DNA of 64,000 nucleotides from an uncultured Pseudomonadota bacterium (GTDB lineage Bacteria; Babelota; Babeliae; Babelales; RVW-14): NCBI GenBank assembly GCA_964534555.1, contig CAZHRK010000001.1, positions 592,904 to 656,903 of the forward strand, read 5' to 3'. Shown piece by piece: positions 33,073 to 41,999 of this stretch (position 1 is its first letter; each line of letters starts with the position of its first letter). The notes under the pieces were generated by a model. It saw only the letters and a program-made list of their open reading frames with translations, ran no database searches and was not told where the DNA came from. The position numbers and the translations under genes were made by a program.

Positions 33073-33801
33073 ATGAAGAATCTAATGTTTAAAATGTTTG
33101 TAACGCTTGCTGCCACAACACTTATGTTGAGTGTTAGTGCAGCTGGAACACCAAAACTAAAAATGCCATCAGTGGTTATTAACCCAGTTCAAGAAGCAAT
33201 TATTGAAGGCGGTGCGACCCTTGATACTGTTACTGCTGCTGTAACAGCTATTAAAGATGATACAAACTCACTTGATGATACTAAGCTTACAGCTTTTGGT
33301 TTTTTTGCAAAAATGCCTATTAATTGGCAGAAGAGCCTTCTGCTTGAACCATTTCAAAAAGCTTTGGTTACATTTGCTGCAGTTAATGGGATGAACGAAT
33401 TACTTAAAGCAAATAAGGATAAGAGTATTGCTGTGTTCTCAGCTGCAATAACTATTGCCGCAGTTAAAGAAAAAGTTGCTGGTCTTGCAGCCGCTGTCGA
33501 AGCAAAGAAAATCTTTGCTGCCGATACTTTTGTAACCGCTGTTGGATCACATCCAGTTGTTGTATCTGTATGTGAACTTGTTGAAAAAGGTAGCGGTTTT
33601 GACGCAGCAGCAAGACAAGTGCGCGAGGCTCTTGATCGTGCACAGGCAGAAAAAGATACTTGGGGAGCAACCATTAGTGGTTACGCTGCTAAAGCAGTTG
33701 AAAAAGGGGTTAGTATTGCTACTGCCCTAGCAGGTTTAGTTGGTAGCATTACCTTTGATCCAGGTCTTATGGATAATGCAGAAGGGGTTGAAGCTCCTTA
33801 G
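33073..33801 (+). CDS. Exported Ala-rich helical ORFan (242 aa)
   Basis: SD ggaggttat. Signal MKNLMFKMFVTLAATTLMLSVSAAG. Confidence 0.6.
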   Translation: MKNLMFKMFVTLAATTLMLSVSAAGTPKLKMPSVVINPVQEAIIEGGATLDTVTAAVTAIKDDTNSLDDTKLTAFGFFAKMPINWQKSLLLEPFQKALVTFAAVNGMNELLKANKDKSIAVFSAAITIAAVKEKVAGLAAAVEAKKIFAADTFVTAVGSHPVVVSVCELVEKGSGFDAAARQVREALDRAQAEKDTWGATISGYAAKAVEKGVSIATALAGLVGSITFDPGLMDNAEGVEAP

Positions 33802-33830
33802 TATTCTTAGTTATTTATGATCTTCAGACA

Positions 33831-33860
33831 GGGGCTACCGGTATGGCAGCCCCTAGTTTT
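33831..33860 (+). terminator. Hairpin terminator/attenuator after 33073-33801
   Basis: ggggctacc-ggtat-ggcagcccc (one mismatch) followed by tagtttt. Confidence 0.45.
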
Positions 33861-33891
33861 GAAAAAGTAATGTAATCAGGGTTAAGAAGTA

Positions 33892-35076
33892 TTGGGAATG
33901 TTTATGAAAATGATTATCAAGATAGCGCGTTATGCACTTTGCCTAGTATTTGGCGGAGCTGTTGTAACATTTGCGCCCCAGATTATCAGATCATCTATGC
34001 GTTCTAATTACAATTTAGCTCGTGTATTACAATCGTTTGGTAATGCTGTACAAATGTTTGGTTCTGCATCGAATACTCCGCAGATCTTACTAAGAAAAAC
34101 AGCAAAAAATATCCAGATAGTTAAGTATGCTTTACTTGAAAATATCAAATCAAAGCATGATCTAGAGAAATTATCGCTTGCAGCAATGATTTTTAATCCA
34201 GTTGCACAAATGCTTCAGTATCTTGCTGTACATTGTCAGATGACTCAGGAGTCTGTACCCTTTTTTGAAAAAATCATGACACAAGTAGACTCTATAGCCG
34301 ATCACATTACATTTGTTGCTGGAGAAGCAAGCGATAGCTGTTATTTAGCATCTTGCTGGAAACAGGAGATGCACAACCTTATTTTTGGACGTGTTCATCT
34401 TACTTCGTCTCAGAGTAATAGCAAGTTTGCAGTTGCTGCAGAAACTTTTGGTGGAATTACATCACCCCAAAGCTATTTGCATAAAGGCGCTGTGCGTACA
34501 GCTTGTGCTGATTCAAACATCAATAAAAAATTATTTAATCAAAAACCTCTTGCTAGCACGCCGAGTGACGATACTCAATCAATTTCTTCTCGAGCGCGAC
34601 AGGCACGTAATACTGATGCTGAGAATACTTTTTTTACTGCTGATGATTCCGCTGAAAATTATTTGGGTGATGCTGACTATTCAGATCTCTTAATTAATTT
34701 GCATGATAACTCTAATGAATCGTTAGGTGGCATGCACATGCCAAATAGTTTATTGCATCAGACAAATCATAATATAAATGATAGTACTAATACTGTTAAA
34801 AACAGTAACAATCAGTCAGGTCAAATCCCTGAAAAAATGAAGTCTGATGAGCCTGTTGCACAATTCGGCCAGGACTCGCTGAAGATGCCTGACGTAACTA
34901 CGCCTAAGCAGATTAATCTTAAGACTGCTGCATATCGCCAACAGGTTATTGAGCTTGCAAATGAAGGGCTTGCTGAGGTTCAAGCAGCATCAGAAAGAAT
35001 TAACGATAAGCTAGCTCAAGCAGAAAATGATCTCATGGAATCTCTAGCAGCTGCTTTGCAGCGTCCGCGCCCATAA
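33892..35076 (+). CDS. Membrane-anchored ORFan (about 390 aa) with an Asn/Ser/Asp-rich disordered C-half
   Basis: N-terminal TM IIKIARYALCLVFGGAVVTFAP. Start is ambiguous (TTG 33892, ATG 33898/33904/33910). Confidence 0.55.
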   Translation: MGMFMKMIIKIARYALCLVFGGAVVTFAPQIIRSSMRSNYNLARVLQSFGNAVQMFGSASNTPQILLRKTAKNIQIVKYALLENIKSKHDLEKLSLAAMIFNPVAQMLQYLAVHCQMTQESVPFFEKIMTQVDSIADHITFVAGEASDSCYLASCWKQEMHNLIFGRVHLTSSQSNSKFAVAAETFGGITSPQSYLHKGAVRTACADSNINKKLFNQKPLASTPSDDTQSISSRARQARNTDAENTFFTADDSAENYLGDADYSDLLINLHDNSNESLGGMHMPNSLLHQTNHNINDSTNTVKNSNNQSGQIPEKMKSDEPVAQFGQDSLKMPDVTTPKQINLKTAAYRQQVIELANEGLAEVQAASERINDKLAQAENDLMESLAAALQRPRP

Positions 35077-35086
35077 TTTTATTTTG

Positions 35087-35653
35087 CTATCCTATTATTC
35101 CTGCAAGCTTTACGCGTTGTAGATAGAGTGCACGGTGCCCTGCGTCAGGGTGCATGTCTTCTTCGTTGTCTCCGTGTATGCTCGATGCTGGCAGGCCAAG
35201 TTCAAGCAGGCGCTCTTTGAGCTCTTCTATCTGCGCTTCATCACCAAGTAGTGCGCCTTCAATAATTGCTTTTATTTCTGCTGCTGCTTCTTCCCATAAT
35301 TTTTGATACGCCATATGATCTATTATACGCGTACGACGTGGGAGTATAAGCACTGCATAGTGCTTGTCTTCTGCTGCTGGCGGAATAATAATTTGTCCAG
35401 CTCGTGCTTCCATATGCCCATGCTCATTGGGTGACTCCGTGATAAAATTAACAGCGGTAGCATGATCATTGCTTAGCTCACTAGAGCTTATCCCAACCGT
35501 TCTGCTCATCACTAATTGGCTAGCAGGTGAACCCGTGTCGATGTACGTTGCGTTGTGCCCGCACATATTAACGTAATAAATACAGACAGTGTGCCCATCA
35601 GCAGTGTGAATTACAGAAATTATACCTATCAGCAGTTTCAAAAACAGTTTCAT
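35087..35653 (-). CDS. Secreted ORFan (188 aa), long paralogue of 36259-36606
   Basis: Strong SD gggaggtgg. Signal MKLFLKLLIGIISVIHTADG. Shares HT..-YYVN-..G..A.Y.D and QII.PP....Y.V.LILP.RT blocks with its neighbour. Confidence 0.65.
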   Translation of the reverse strand: MKLFLKLLIGIISVIHTADGHTVCIYYVNMCGHNATYIDTGSPASQLVMSRTVGISSSELSNDHATAVNFITESPNEHGHMEARAGQIIIPPAAEDKHYAVLILPRRTRIIDHMAYQKLWEEAAAEIKAIIEGALLGDEAQIEELKERLLELGLPASSIHGDNEEDMHPDAGHRALYLQRVKLAGIIG

Positions 35654-35764
35654 TGTCCACCTCCCGCGTTATGTTTTTATTTTAGAGGCGATGAAACAAA
35701 AAATGCTATGGATAACACGTTTAAATTATCTTGCTGCCGCGGTTTGAGACTTTGAAAAAGTAGT

Positions 35765-36170
35765 ATGTTCCCGCTCGCCCTGAGTTTATCGAAGGGTTGA
35801 CCTTCCGGGTTGTCTTAGGCAGGAACAGTGCCTCTGGGGGCGGGCAGGAACAGGCCCGCATCTAAAATATTAATTCATATAATTTATTACTCATGAGTTG
35901 AAAAATAGTTATACCCTAAACCTGTTCCTGTTTAGGAATTACCCTATGCGGAGTACCTGTATCCTGTTTTGCAATTACCCCAACGGCACTGTTCCTGTTT
36001 AGGTAGTACCCTGGAAAATAGATTTTTTATATTTGATATCCAAAGTTGTTCAGATCTGGCAACTATTCTAGGGTCCGCTCGATCAAACCCTTCGACACGC
36101 TCAGGGCGAGCGGAAACATAAAAACATCGCATTTGTAGCACGCAGGTGCGCTCAGGGCGAGCGGCAGTCT
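35765..36170. repeat. Nested inverted-repeat element (MITE-like or iteron-like) with an AT-rich core
   Basis: Outer arms: ccgctcgccctgagtttatcgaagggtt (35771-35798) versus aacccttcgacacgctcagggcgagcgg (36086-36113), 25/28 complementary. Extra half copy ctcagggcgagcgg at 36151-36164. Inner arms: caggaacag x2 (35820, 35845) versus ctgttcctg (35922, 35989) plus a degenerate copy (35957). AT-rich centre at 35860-35915. Confidence 0.7.
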
Positions 36171-36258
36171 TAGTCGCCATAATGCAGCAGGTTTTGCATA
36201 GTAAATATAAAAAATTATTTTTGTCGCATGACTGAGATTTTATGCACAGTATTGCTCT

Positions 36259-36606
36259 TTATTTTTCAATCAAAGTTACTGTTCTTTCCGGAAGTATCAG
36301 CACAACGCAGTATTGATTTCGGCCAGGAGGGAGAATAATCTGGTCGCTTCTTAATGCCGGCTGCTTGTGTTGATCAAGTGACTTTGTTATATAATTAACA
36401 TCTGTAATATTACCTTCACTCAGCTCTACTTCACTTATGCTAATACCCTTCTGGGCAAGCTTTACTGCGTCTACTTCATCAAGCGTATCATCAGCGTAGA
36501 ATGCATCGTATCCAGAGAGGTTTACATAGTATACAGATGCGGTGTGCGTGTGCGCTGTTTGAATAATTGCGAGTGCAAGCATGAGGCTTTTACATAAAAA
36601 TTTCAT
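36259..36606 (-). CDS. Secreted ORFan (115 aa), short paralogue of 35087-35653
   Basis: Signal MKFLCKSLMLALAIIQTAHT. Alignable to the N-terminal 115 aa of the neighbour. Lacks its C-terminal helical extension. Confidence 0.6.
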   Translation of the reverse strand: MKFLCKSLMLALAIIQTAHTHTASVYYVNLSGYDAFYADDTLDEVDAVKLAQKGISISEVELSEGNITDVNYITKSLDQHKQPALRSDQIILPPGRNQYCVVLILPERTVTLIEK

Positions 36607-36760
36607 AGGCCACTTTTCTTACAAGAGTTTTAATGAATAAGCGTACGCTGTTTTTAGCTATCTTATTCTTAAGATAACTAAAAGCAATGCTAAGTATTTC
36701 TTAAACATGCTTGAATGCGAAGTTATTTGAAAAGATCTTTTCGGCCTAGTAATGACAGGG

Positions 36761-39700
36761 CTACACGCCCAGGTTTATGCCAAAGCCTTTTTGCACCACG
36801 TCAGTGCACCACTGTATTTCAGGTGTTATTTTTTCACGCGTGTAGAGCATAAGTGGGGTGTTTTGCTCAATGACATGAAAATTAAGCGGAACGCTTCCTG
36901 GTTTGAGTGAGGCTTTAAGCCATTCAACCTGTTCTTTTGCTACCGTTGGGCCGCAGTTGATAGTGCATGATTTAATCAGCTCAGGTACATCAAAAATAGC
37001 TTCAATCGGAATCAGCTCCATAGCCTTGATTTTACAGTTGTTTTGCGAGGTGATATCAAGATTTCCTTTGATGATAAACACGTGATGCTTGCCGAGCAAT
37101 GCTTCGCTTTTTGCGTACACGCTTGGGAAAATAATTACTTCAGCGCTGCTCGACATGTCTTCAAATTGTGCAAATGCCATTTTATCACCTTTTTTAGTGG
37201 TGATCACTTTGTGCGATTGCATCAGGCCAGCACACAGCACTATTGGCTCTTTAATCGAATCAACTTTTTTAATCATTTCAAGCGCTTGCTCGAATGACAC
37301 CGTGTTAAGCCACCCAAGTGCCGGATACGTTTTAAGCGGGTGCGAGCTCAAGTAAAATCCAACAACCTCTTTTTCTTTTTCAAGCTTTTCTTTGTCGGGA
37401 AAATCTTCGCGCGGTCTAAAACTATACGTTGCGTCAGCATCTGAGCTTCCCGCTGCTGGTGCTCCCATGCCAAAAAGCCCCATCTGACCAGTCTTTGCAG
37501 CTTCTTTTGCTGCATGTGCACGCTCGATGATTTCATCAAGTTCAGCAATTTTTTGAGCGCGGTTTCCTGGCAGATTATCAAGCGCGCCTGAGTACGTTAA
37601 GCTCTCAAGTACGCGTTTGTTTACCACGCGTAGATCAACGCGTTTGCACAGGTCAAACAGATCTTTAAATGGTTTTAGTTTGCGCTCTGCTAAAATTGCT
37701 TCAAGCGCCGCAAGGCCAACGTTTTTAATTCCCTTGAGTCCAAAAACGATGCCATCATTAGTGGCGCGAAACTCAATATCAGAATCATTAATATTTGGTG
37801 CGTGCACCGTGATTCCCATATCATGAATTTCTTGAAGGTATTTGGTAAGGCTCTCTGGTGAGTCTGTTTCAAACGTCACGAGTGCAGCCATGAATTCACG
37901 TGGGTAGTTTGCCTTGAGGTATGCAGTATGATACGCAATCAGTGCATACGCTGCAGAGTGTGATTTGTTAAAACCGTATCCTGCAAAGTATTCCATCAGG
38001 TCAAACAGCTCACCGGCTTTTTTGGTATCAAAACCAAGCTTTGATGCGCCGTCCATAAAGGTTGCGCGCTGCTTTGCCATTTCCTCTGCTTTTTTCTTAC
38101 CCATTGCGCGGCGCAATAAGTCAGCGCCACCAAGTGTGTAGCCACCGATTGCAGATGCGATTTTCATCACCTGCTCTTGATACACAATAACGCCGTATGT
38201 TTCAGCAAGAATAGGCTCAAGCTCAGGGAACATGTATGTTGTTGGTTTACGGCCGTGACGACGTTCAATAAAGTCGTCTACCATGCCTGAGCCAAGTGGC
38301 CCTGGTCGATAGAGTGCGTTGACCGCAATTAAGTCTTCAAATTTATCTGGCTGGAGTTTGCGCAGTACTTCACCAATTCCCTCAGACTCAAATTGGAAAA
38401 CCCCTTTGGTGTTACCTTTACGCAACAGTTCGAAAGCGCGATGGTCATCGAGTGCAATTTTATCAAGGTTGATTACGATACCATGATTTCTTTCGATTGC
38501 ACGCAGTGCACGCTCAATCACGGTTAAGTTTTGTAGACCCAAAAAGTCCATTTTTAAAAAGCCAACAGCTTCAAGCTCGGTCATTGCGTATTGAGACACA
38601 AGGTCGCCACCTTTGCCCGTTACGTAAATTGGCAGGCAGTCTGCAAGTGCTTCTGGTGAAATAACCACGCCAGCAGCATGTTTTGAAGCGTGGCGTGTTA
38701 ACCCCTCAAGCTTAAATGAGATATCAAAGAGATTTTTAACACGAGGGTCTGTATCAATCATTTGCTTGAGGCGTGGCTCTTGTTCAATAGCCTCATGCAG
38801 CGTTATTTTAAGCTGCTCCGGAATCAAATCTGTTATCGCATTTGTGTCTGCAAAAGAAAATCCGAGCGCGCGCCCAACATCTTTTAGCACGCCTTTTGCC
38901 ATCATGGTACCAAAAGTGATAATTTGGCATACGCAGTCGTGTCCGTATTTTTCTTTGACGTAATTAATGACCTCTTCACGTCGCTCAATGCAAAAATCAA
39001 TATCAATATCAGGCATCGTTACGCGTTCAGGATTCAGAAAGCGCTCAAAAAGTAAATTGTATCTGATTGGGTCAATGTTTGTAATCTCAAGCGCCCACGC
39101 AACGAGCGAGCCTGCTGCAGAGCCTCGGCCTGCGCCGACTGGAATATTGTGGCGCTTTGCCCACTGAATAAAGTCTGATACTACCAAGAAGTAGCCAATA
39201 AACCCCATTTTAATAATAAGATCAACTTCAAGCTGCAAGCGGGCATCATAAGCTGCATGCTGATCTGATGGGATTAAATCTTCGCGTTTGAGTTTATCAA
39301 GCCCATCGACGCAAAGCTTTTGAAAATACTGCTCAGGAGTGAGTTCTTGTGGCACCGGAAAGAGTGGGAAATGCAGCTTGCCAAATTCAAAGTTAAATTC
39401 GCATTGATCTGCGATAAAGCCAGTGTTCCACACGACTTCAGGGTTTTGCGGAAACGCACTCAGCATCTCATCTGTTGTTCTGACAAACGCTTTGCAATCA
39501 CCAAATGAAAAGCGATCAGGATTGCTCATGACGTCTTTTGTCTGTACTGCAAGCATTACTTCGTGTGCTTCACGATCTTCGATGTTGAGATAGTGAGCAT
39601 CTGATGTTGCAATACATTTGACTCCCCACTCATTACCGTATTGCAGCAACAATGGATTGAGCGCAATCTGTTTGTCAAAAAGAGCTGGCGCTGTTTCAAA

Positions 39701-40210
39701 GAAAAATCTATCTGGCCCAAACATATCTTGAAACCAGAGGGTGCGCTGTTTTGCTTCTTCAATATTGCCTTGGAGTAGCAGGCTAGGGATATGCCCACCA
39801 ACGCATGCAGTTGTTGCAATGAGTCCGGCTGAGTATTTTTCTAGCGTTGCATAATCAACACGAGGCTTGAAGTAATAGCCGTCTTGATGAGCAAAAGAGA
39901 GGAGTCTGCACAAGTTGCGATAGCCCTCACTGTTTTGAACAATCAAGATGAGGTGATGATATTTTTCGTTAACGTTTTTGATTGCAACATCAGGCGTGAA
40001 ATACATTTCAACGCCAAGTACAGGTTTAATACCTTCTTTTTTGGCGAGCTGAAAAAATTTCACAGCGCCAAAAATATTGCCATGATCAGAAATTCCAACG
40101 GCTTTCCATTGTTCTTGCTTCGCTTTTTTAAGCAGGTCAGGGATCCTGATTGCCCCGTCTAGAAGCGAAAATTCGGTATGAAGGTGAAGGTGTGTGAAAT
40201 GGTTTGTCAT
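36761..40210 (-). CDS. dnaE: DNA polymerase III alpha subunit
   Basis: PHP domain FTHLHLHTEFSLLDGA, polymerase core (PDIDIDF, GRGSAAGSLVAWAL), OB-fold C-terminus. Start set at the ATG at 40210 (MTNHFTHLH). The track has 23 extra codons. Confidence 0.95.
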   Translation of the reverse strand: MTNHFTHLHLHTEFSLLDGAIRIPDLLKKAKQEQWKAVGISDHGNIFGAVKFFQLAKKEGIKPVLGVEMYFTPDVAIKNVNEKYHHLILIVQNSEGYRNLCRLLSFAHQDGYYFKPRVDYATLEKYSAGLIATTACVGGHIPSLLLQGNIEEAKQRTLWFQDMFGPDRFFFETAPALFDKQIALNPLLLQYGNEWGVKCIATSDAHYLNIEDREAHEVMLAVQTKDVMSNPDRFSFGDCKAFVRTTDEMLSAFPQNPEVVWNTGFIADQCEFNFEFGKLHFPLFPVPQELTPEQYFQKLCVDGLDKLKREDLIPSDQHAAYDARLQLEVDLIIKMGFIGYFLVVSDFIQWAKRHNIPVGAGRGSAAGSLVAWALEITNIDPIRYNLLFERFLNPERVTMPDIDIDFCIERREEVINYVKEKYGHDCVCQIITFGTMMAKGVLKDVGRALGFSFADTNAITDLIPEQLKITLHEAIEQEPRLKQMIDTDPRVKNLFDISFKLEGLTRHASKHAAGVVISPEALADCLPIYVTGKGGDLVSQYAMTELEAVGFLKMDFLGLQNLTVIERALRAIERNHGIVINLDKIALDDHRAFELLRKGNTKGVFQFESEGIGEVLRKLQPDKFEDLIAVNALYRPGPLGSGMVDDFIERRHGRKPTTYMFPELEPILAETYGVIVYQEQVMKIASAIGGYTLGGADLLRRAMGKKKAEEMAKQRATFMDGASKLGFDTKKAGELFDLMEYFAGYGFNKSHSAAYALIAYHTAYLKANYPREFMAALVTFETDSPESLTKYLQEIHDMGITVHAPNINDSDIEFRATNDGIVFGLKGIKNVGLAALEAILAERKLKPFKDLFDLCKRVDLRVVNKRVLESLTYSGALDNLPGNRAQKIAELDEIIERAHAAKEAAKTGQMGLFGMGAPAAGSSDADATYSFRPREDFPDKEKLEKEKEVVGFYLSSHPLKTYPALGWLNTVSFEQALEMIKKVDSIKEPIVLCAGLMQSHKVITTKKGDKMAFAQFEDMSSSAEVIIFPSVYAKSEALLGKHHVFIIKGNLDITSQNNCKIKAMELIPIEAIFDVPELIKSCTINCGPTVAKEQVEWLKASLKPGSVPLNFHVIEQNTPLMLYTREKITPEIQWCTDVVQKGFGINLGV

Positions 40211-40367
40211 AGTCCTGGGAGTGTAACACAAATGTTTGGCTTCTGAAATATTTATTGGTTGTTGTTTACTCGTTTTCATCTCGTCGATACACTCCAGAAA
40301 AATAAGGTTTGAGCATAACTTTAGTTACAGAGTTTTTATAAAGATAGTTTCAAAGGTGAGGTGTTTA

Positions 40368-41285
40368 ATGACGTATGTAAAATTTTTTACTCTTATGCTG
40401 CTTGTAGTTACAGCAGTGGCAGATGTTAGTCCTGCTGCTGAGGCAGCAAAAGAAGCTGATGATACTTCTTCGCTGCCAGCAGCTCGCTGTGAATCACCAG
40501 TGGGTAAAGTGAGCAGGGGTGTGCCTGCATTCCCGCAATCGCCCCGTAACGCGCGTCCTAATCGTAGAACTACCGCAACGCCTGGGATGCGTGAGTTATT
40601 AGTTGTGCGTGCGCGACGTGCCGCAGCTGCATCTTCTGTTGATGCTGGTTATGAAAGCGATGATAGCTTTAAGGCCCCACGCATAAAACGATTGAGTGCT
40701 TCAGGGGGCGCAGCATCTGGTGGAGGTGCTTCAGGTGCTGGTGTTGGTAGGTTGTTGGTCTTTGAAGACACGCCAGACGATATAGCAGATACCCTTGCAG
40801 AGTCCACGCTCCGTGCTGATGAAAAAAATGAAACCATACTGCATCATGCTGCGCGAGTAGGTGATATTGATGCTCTTGTCAGAGGCCTTGCAGAGGGGGC
40901 TCCAATAAATCATAAAAATATTAAAGGCCAAACAGCGCTTTTTGTCGCAGTTGAGTCAGCTATGATTGATGCTGCTGTTTTTCTTATAAAAGCGGGTGCA
41001 GATACATTAGCTACGGATAGCTCAAGCCGTTCGTTTGTTGACTATTGCAGAGCTGCAGGGCGCATGGATTTATTAGGTGTTACGCCTGATAAAAAGGCAG
41101 CAGCAGCGGGTGATCTTTCTACCCCTGCAAGCCGCTACACGGTTTATGCTGATTATTCAAAGAAGCGTCCAAGAGCCGGTAAAAAATCAGGGCGCTCACT
41201 ACGACAAAGAACAGCTCGTGCTCAAGGAGCGCTTGCGGCTGTTGCCGAAGGCGATGAGGATGCAGACGGCGATGATGAGGAATAG
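40368..41285 (+). CDS. Secreted ankyrin-repeat protein with an Ala/Gly/Arg-rich N-region and an acidic C-terminus
   Basis: SD aaaggtgagg. Signal MTYVKFFTLMLLVVTAVADV. ANK repeats ETILHHAARVGDIDALVRGLAEGAPINHKNIKGQTALFVAVESAMIDAAVFLIKAGADT. The tail ends EGDEDADGDDEE. The track N-extension overlaps the dnaE start. Confidence 0.75.
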   Translation: MTYVKFFTLMLLVVTAVADVSPAAEAAKEADDTSSLPAARCESPVGKVSRGVPAFPQSPRNARPNRRTTATPGMRELLVVRARRAAAASSVDAGYESDDSFKAPRIKRLSASGGAASGGGASGAGVGRLLVFEDTPDDIADTLAESTLRADEKNETILHHAARVGDIDALVRGLAEGAPINHKNIKGQTALFVAVESAMIDAAVFLIKAGADTLATDSSSRSFVDYCRAAGRMDLLGVTPDKKAAAAGDLSTPASRYTVYADYSKKRPRAGKKSGRSLRQRTARAQGALAAVAEGDEDADGDDEE

Positions 41286-41315
41286 CCCCGCCGCAAAACA
41301 TAGCTATAAATAACT

Positions 41316-41341
41316 AAGGCACGGAATTACCGTGCCTTTTT
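41316..41341 (+). terminator. Intrinsic terminator after the ankyrin gene
   Basis: aaggcacgg-aatta-ccgtgcctt followed by ttttt. Confidence 0.8.
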
Positions 41342-41416
41342 CTATGCTTAATTTAATAGAGCGCTATACTTGCACCCCTAATTGTTGCTACAGGTTGATT
41401 TTTACACTGGATTTTT

Positions 41417-41863
41417 ATGCACATACTCTTACTTTCGCTTCTTTTTTCTCTTGCTCAGGTTGTTTATCCCGCAGCGGTTGTTACATCAAGCTCACCGCTT
41501 GCATCTGACCCCTTGTGTTCGCCGGGTGGATCATCTGACTTTTCACCCCTTCGGGCAAAAGATAAGCGCTCTATTTCAGACGTCTCAGTTTCCTACGTTA
41601 ATGGGCTCTGGCTGATTGAAGCAATTAACAAAGCTGATCTGGCGGTTGTCGTTGATATCTGCAAGAATCATAACGTTGATCCGTTCAAGCGCGTTGATAT
41701 CATAACGCGTGACTTCTGGGGATGTGAGGAGATTGTTACGATTTCTCCGTTTATGTACCTTAATCGGATTCTTCTTGATGGCTTTGGGCATCCTGATCTT
41801 GAGCATATTGCCGAGTATTTTAAAGAGCTGCTAGCGGCTCAAGATTGCCGAAAAGATCGTTAA
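41417..41863 (+). CDS. Secreted ORFan (148 aa), possibly with one ankyrin-like repeat
   Basis: Signal MHILLLSLLFSLAQVVYPAAV. LIEAINKADLAVVVDICKNHNVDP resembles an ANK helix pair. Weak SD. Confidence 0.5.
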   Translation: MHILLLSLLFSLAQVVYPAAVVTSSSPLASDPLCSPGGSSDFSPLRAKDKRSISDVSVSYVNGLWLIEAINKADLAVVVDICKNHNVDPFKRVDIITRDFWGCEEIVTISPFMYLNRILLDGFGHPDLEHIAEYFKELLAAQDCRKDR

Positions 41864-41990
41864 TAACAACGGTTTGAGTTGATTCAGATAAGTAATTTGT
41901 TACACTAGCTCCTTCGTTTAACTTTATTAAGCCTGGTTTAACCAGCTCGATACTCATCGTAATGATTAATCACATCAGTAATCGCTGAAT

Positions 41991-41999
41991 CCCCCCCCC
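41991..41999. repeat. Homopolymeric C9 tract in the antiporter upstream region
   Basis: aatCCCCCCCCCtctgggg, about 143 nt upstream of the ATG at 42142. Confidence 0.9.

Noticed and set aside
35921-36011. Three ~24-nt direct repeats with a ~33-nt period, which could look like a mini CRISPR array.
   Set aside because: The spacers are only ~8-11 nt, the repeats are degenerate, there are no cas genes, and the copies mirror inverted copies on the other arm. They are part of the palindromic element, not a CRISPR array.
35944-36180. A 78-aa ORF on the - strand (..AARPERTCV..SARPERVEGFDRA..).
   Set aside because: It lies entirely within the inverted-repeat element. Its repeated ARPER peptides are simply the translated repeat arms. 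There is no RBS.
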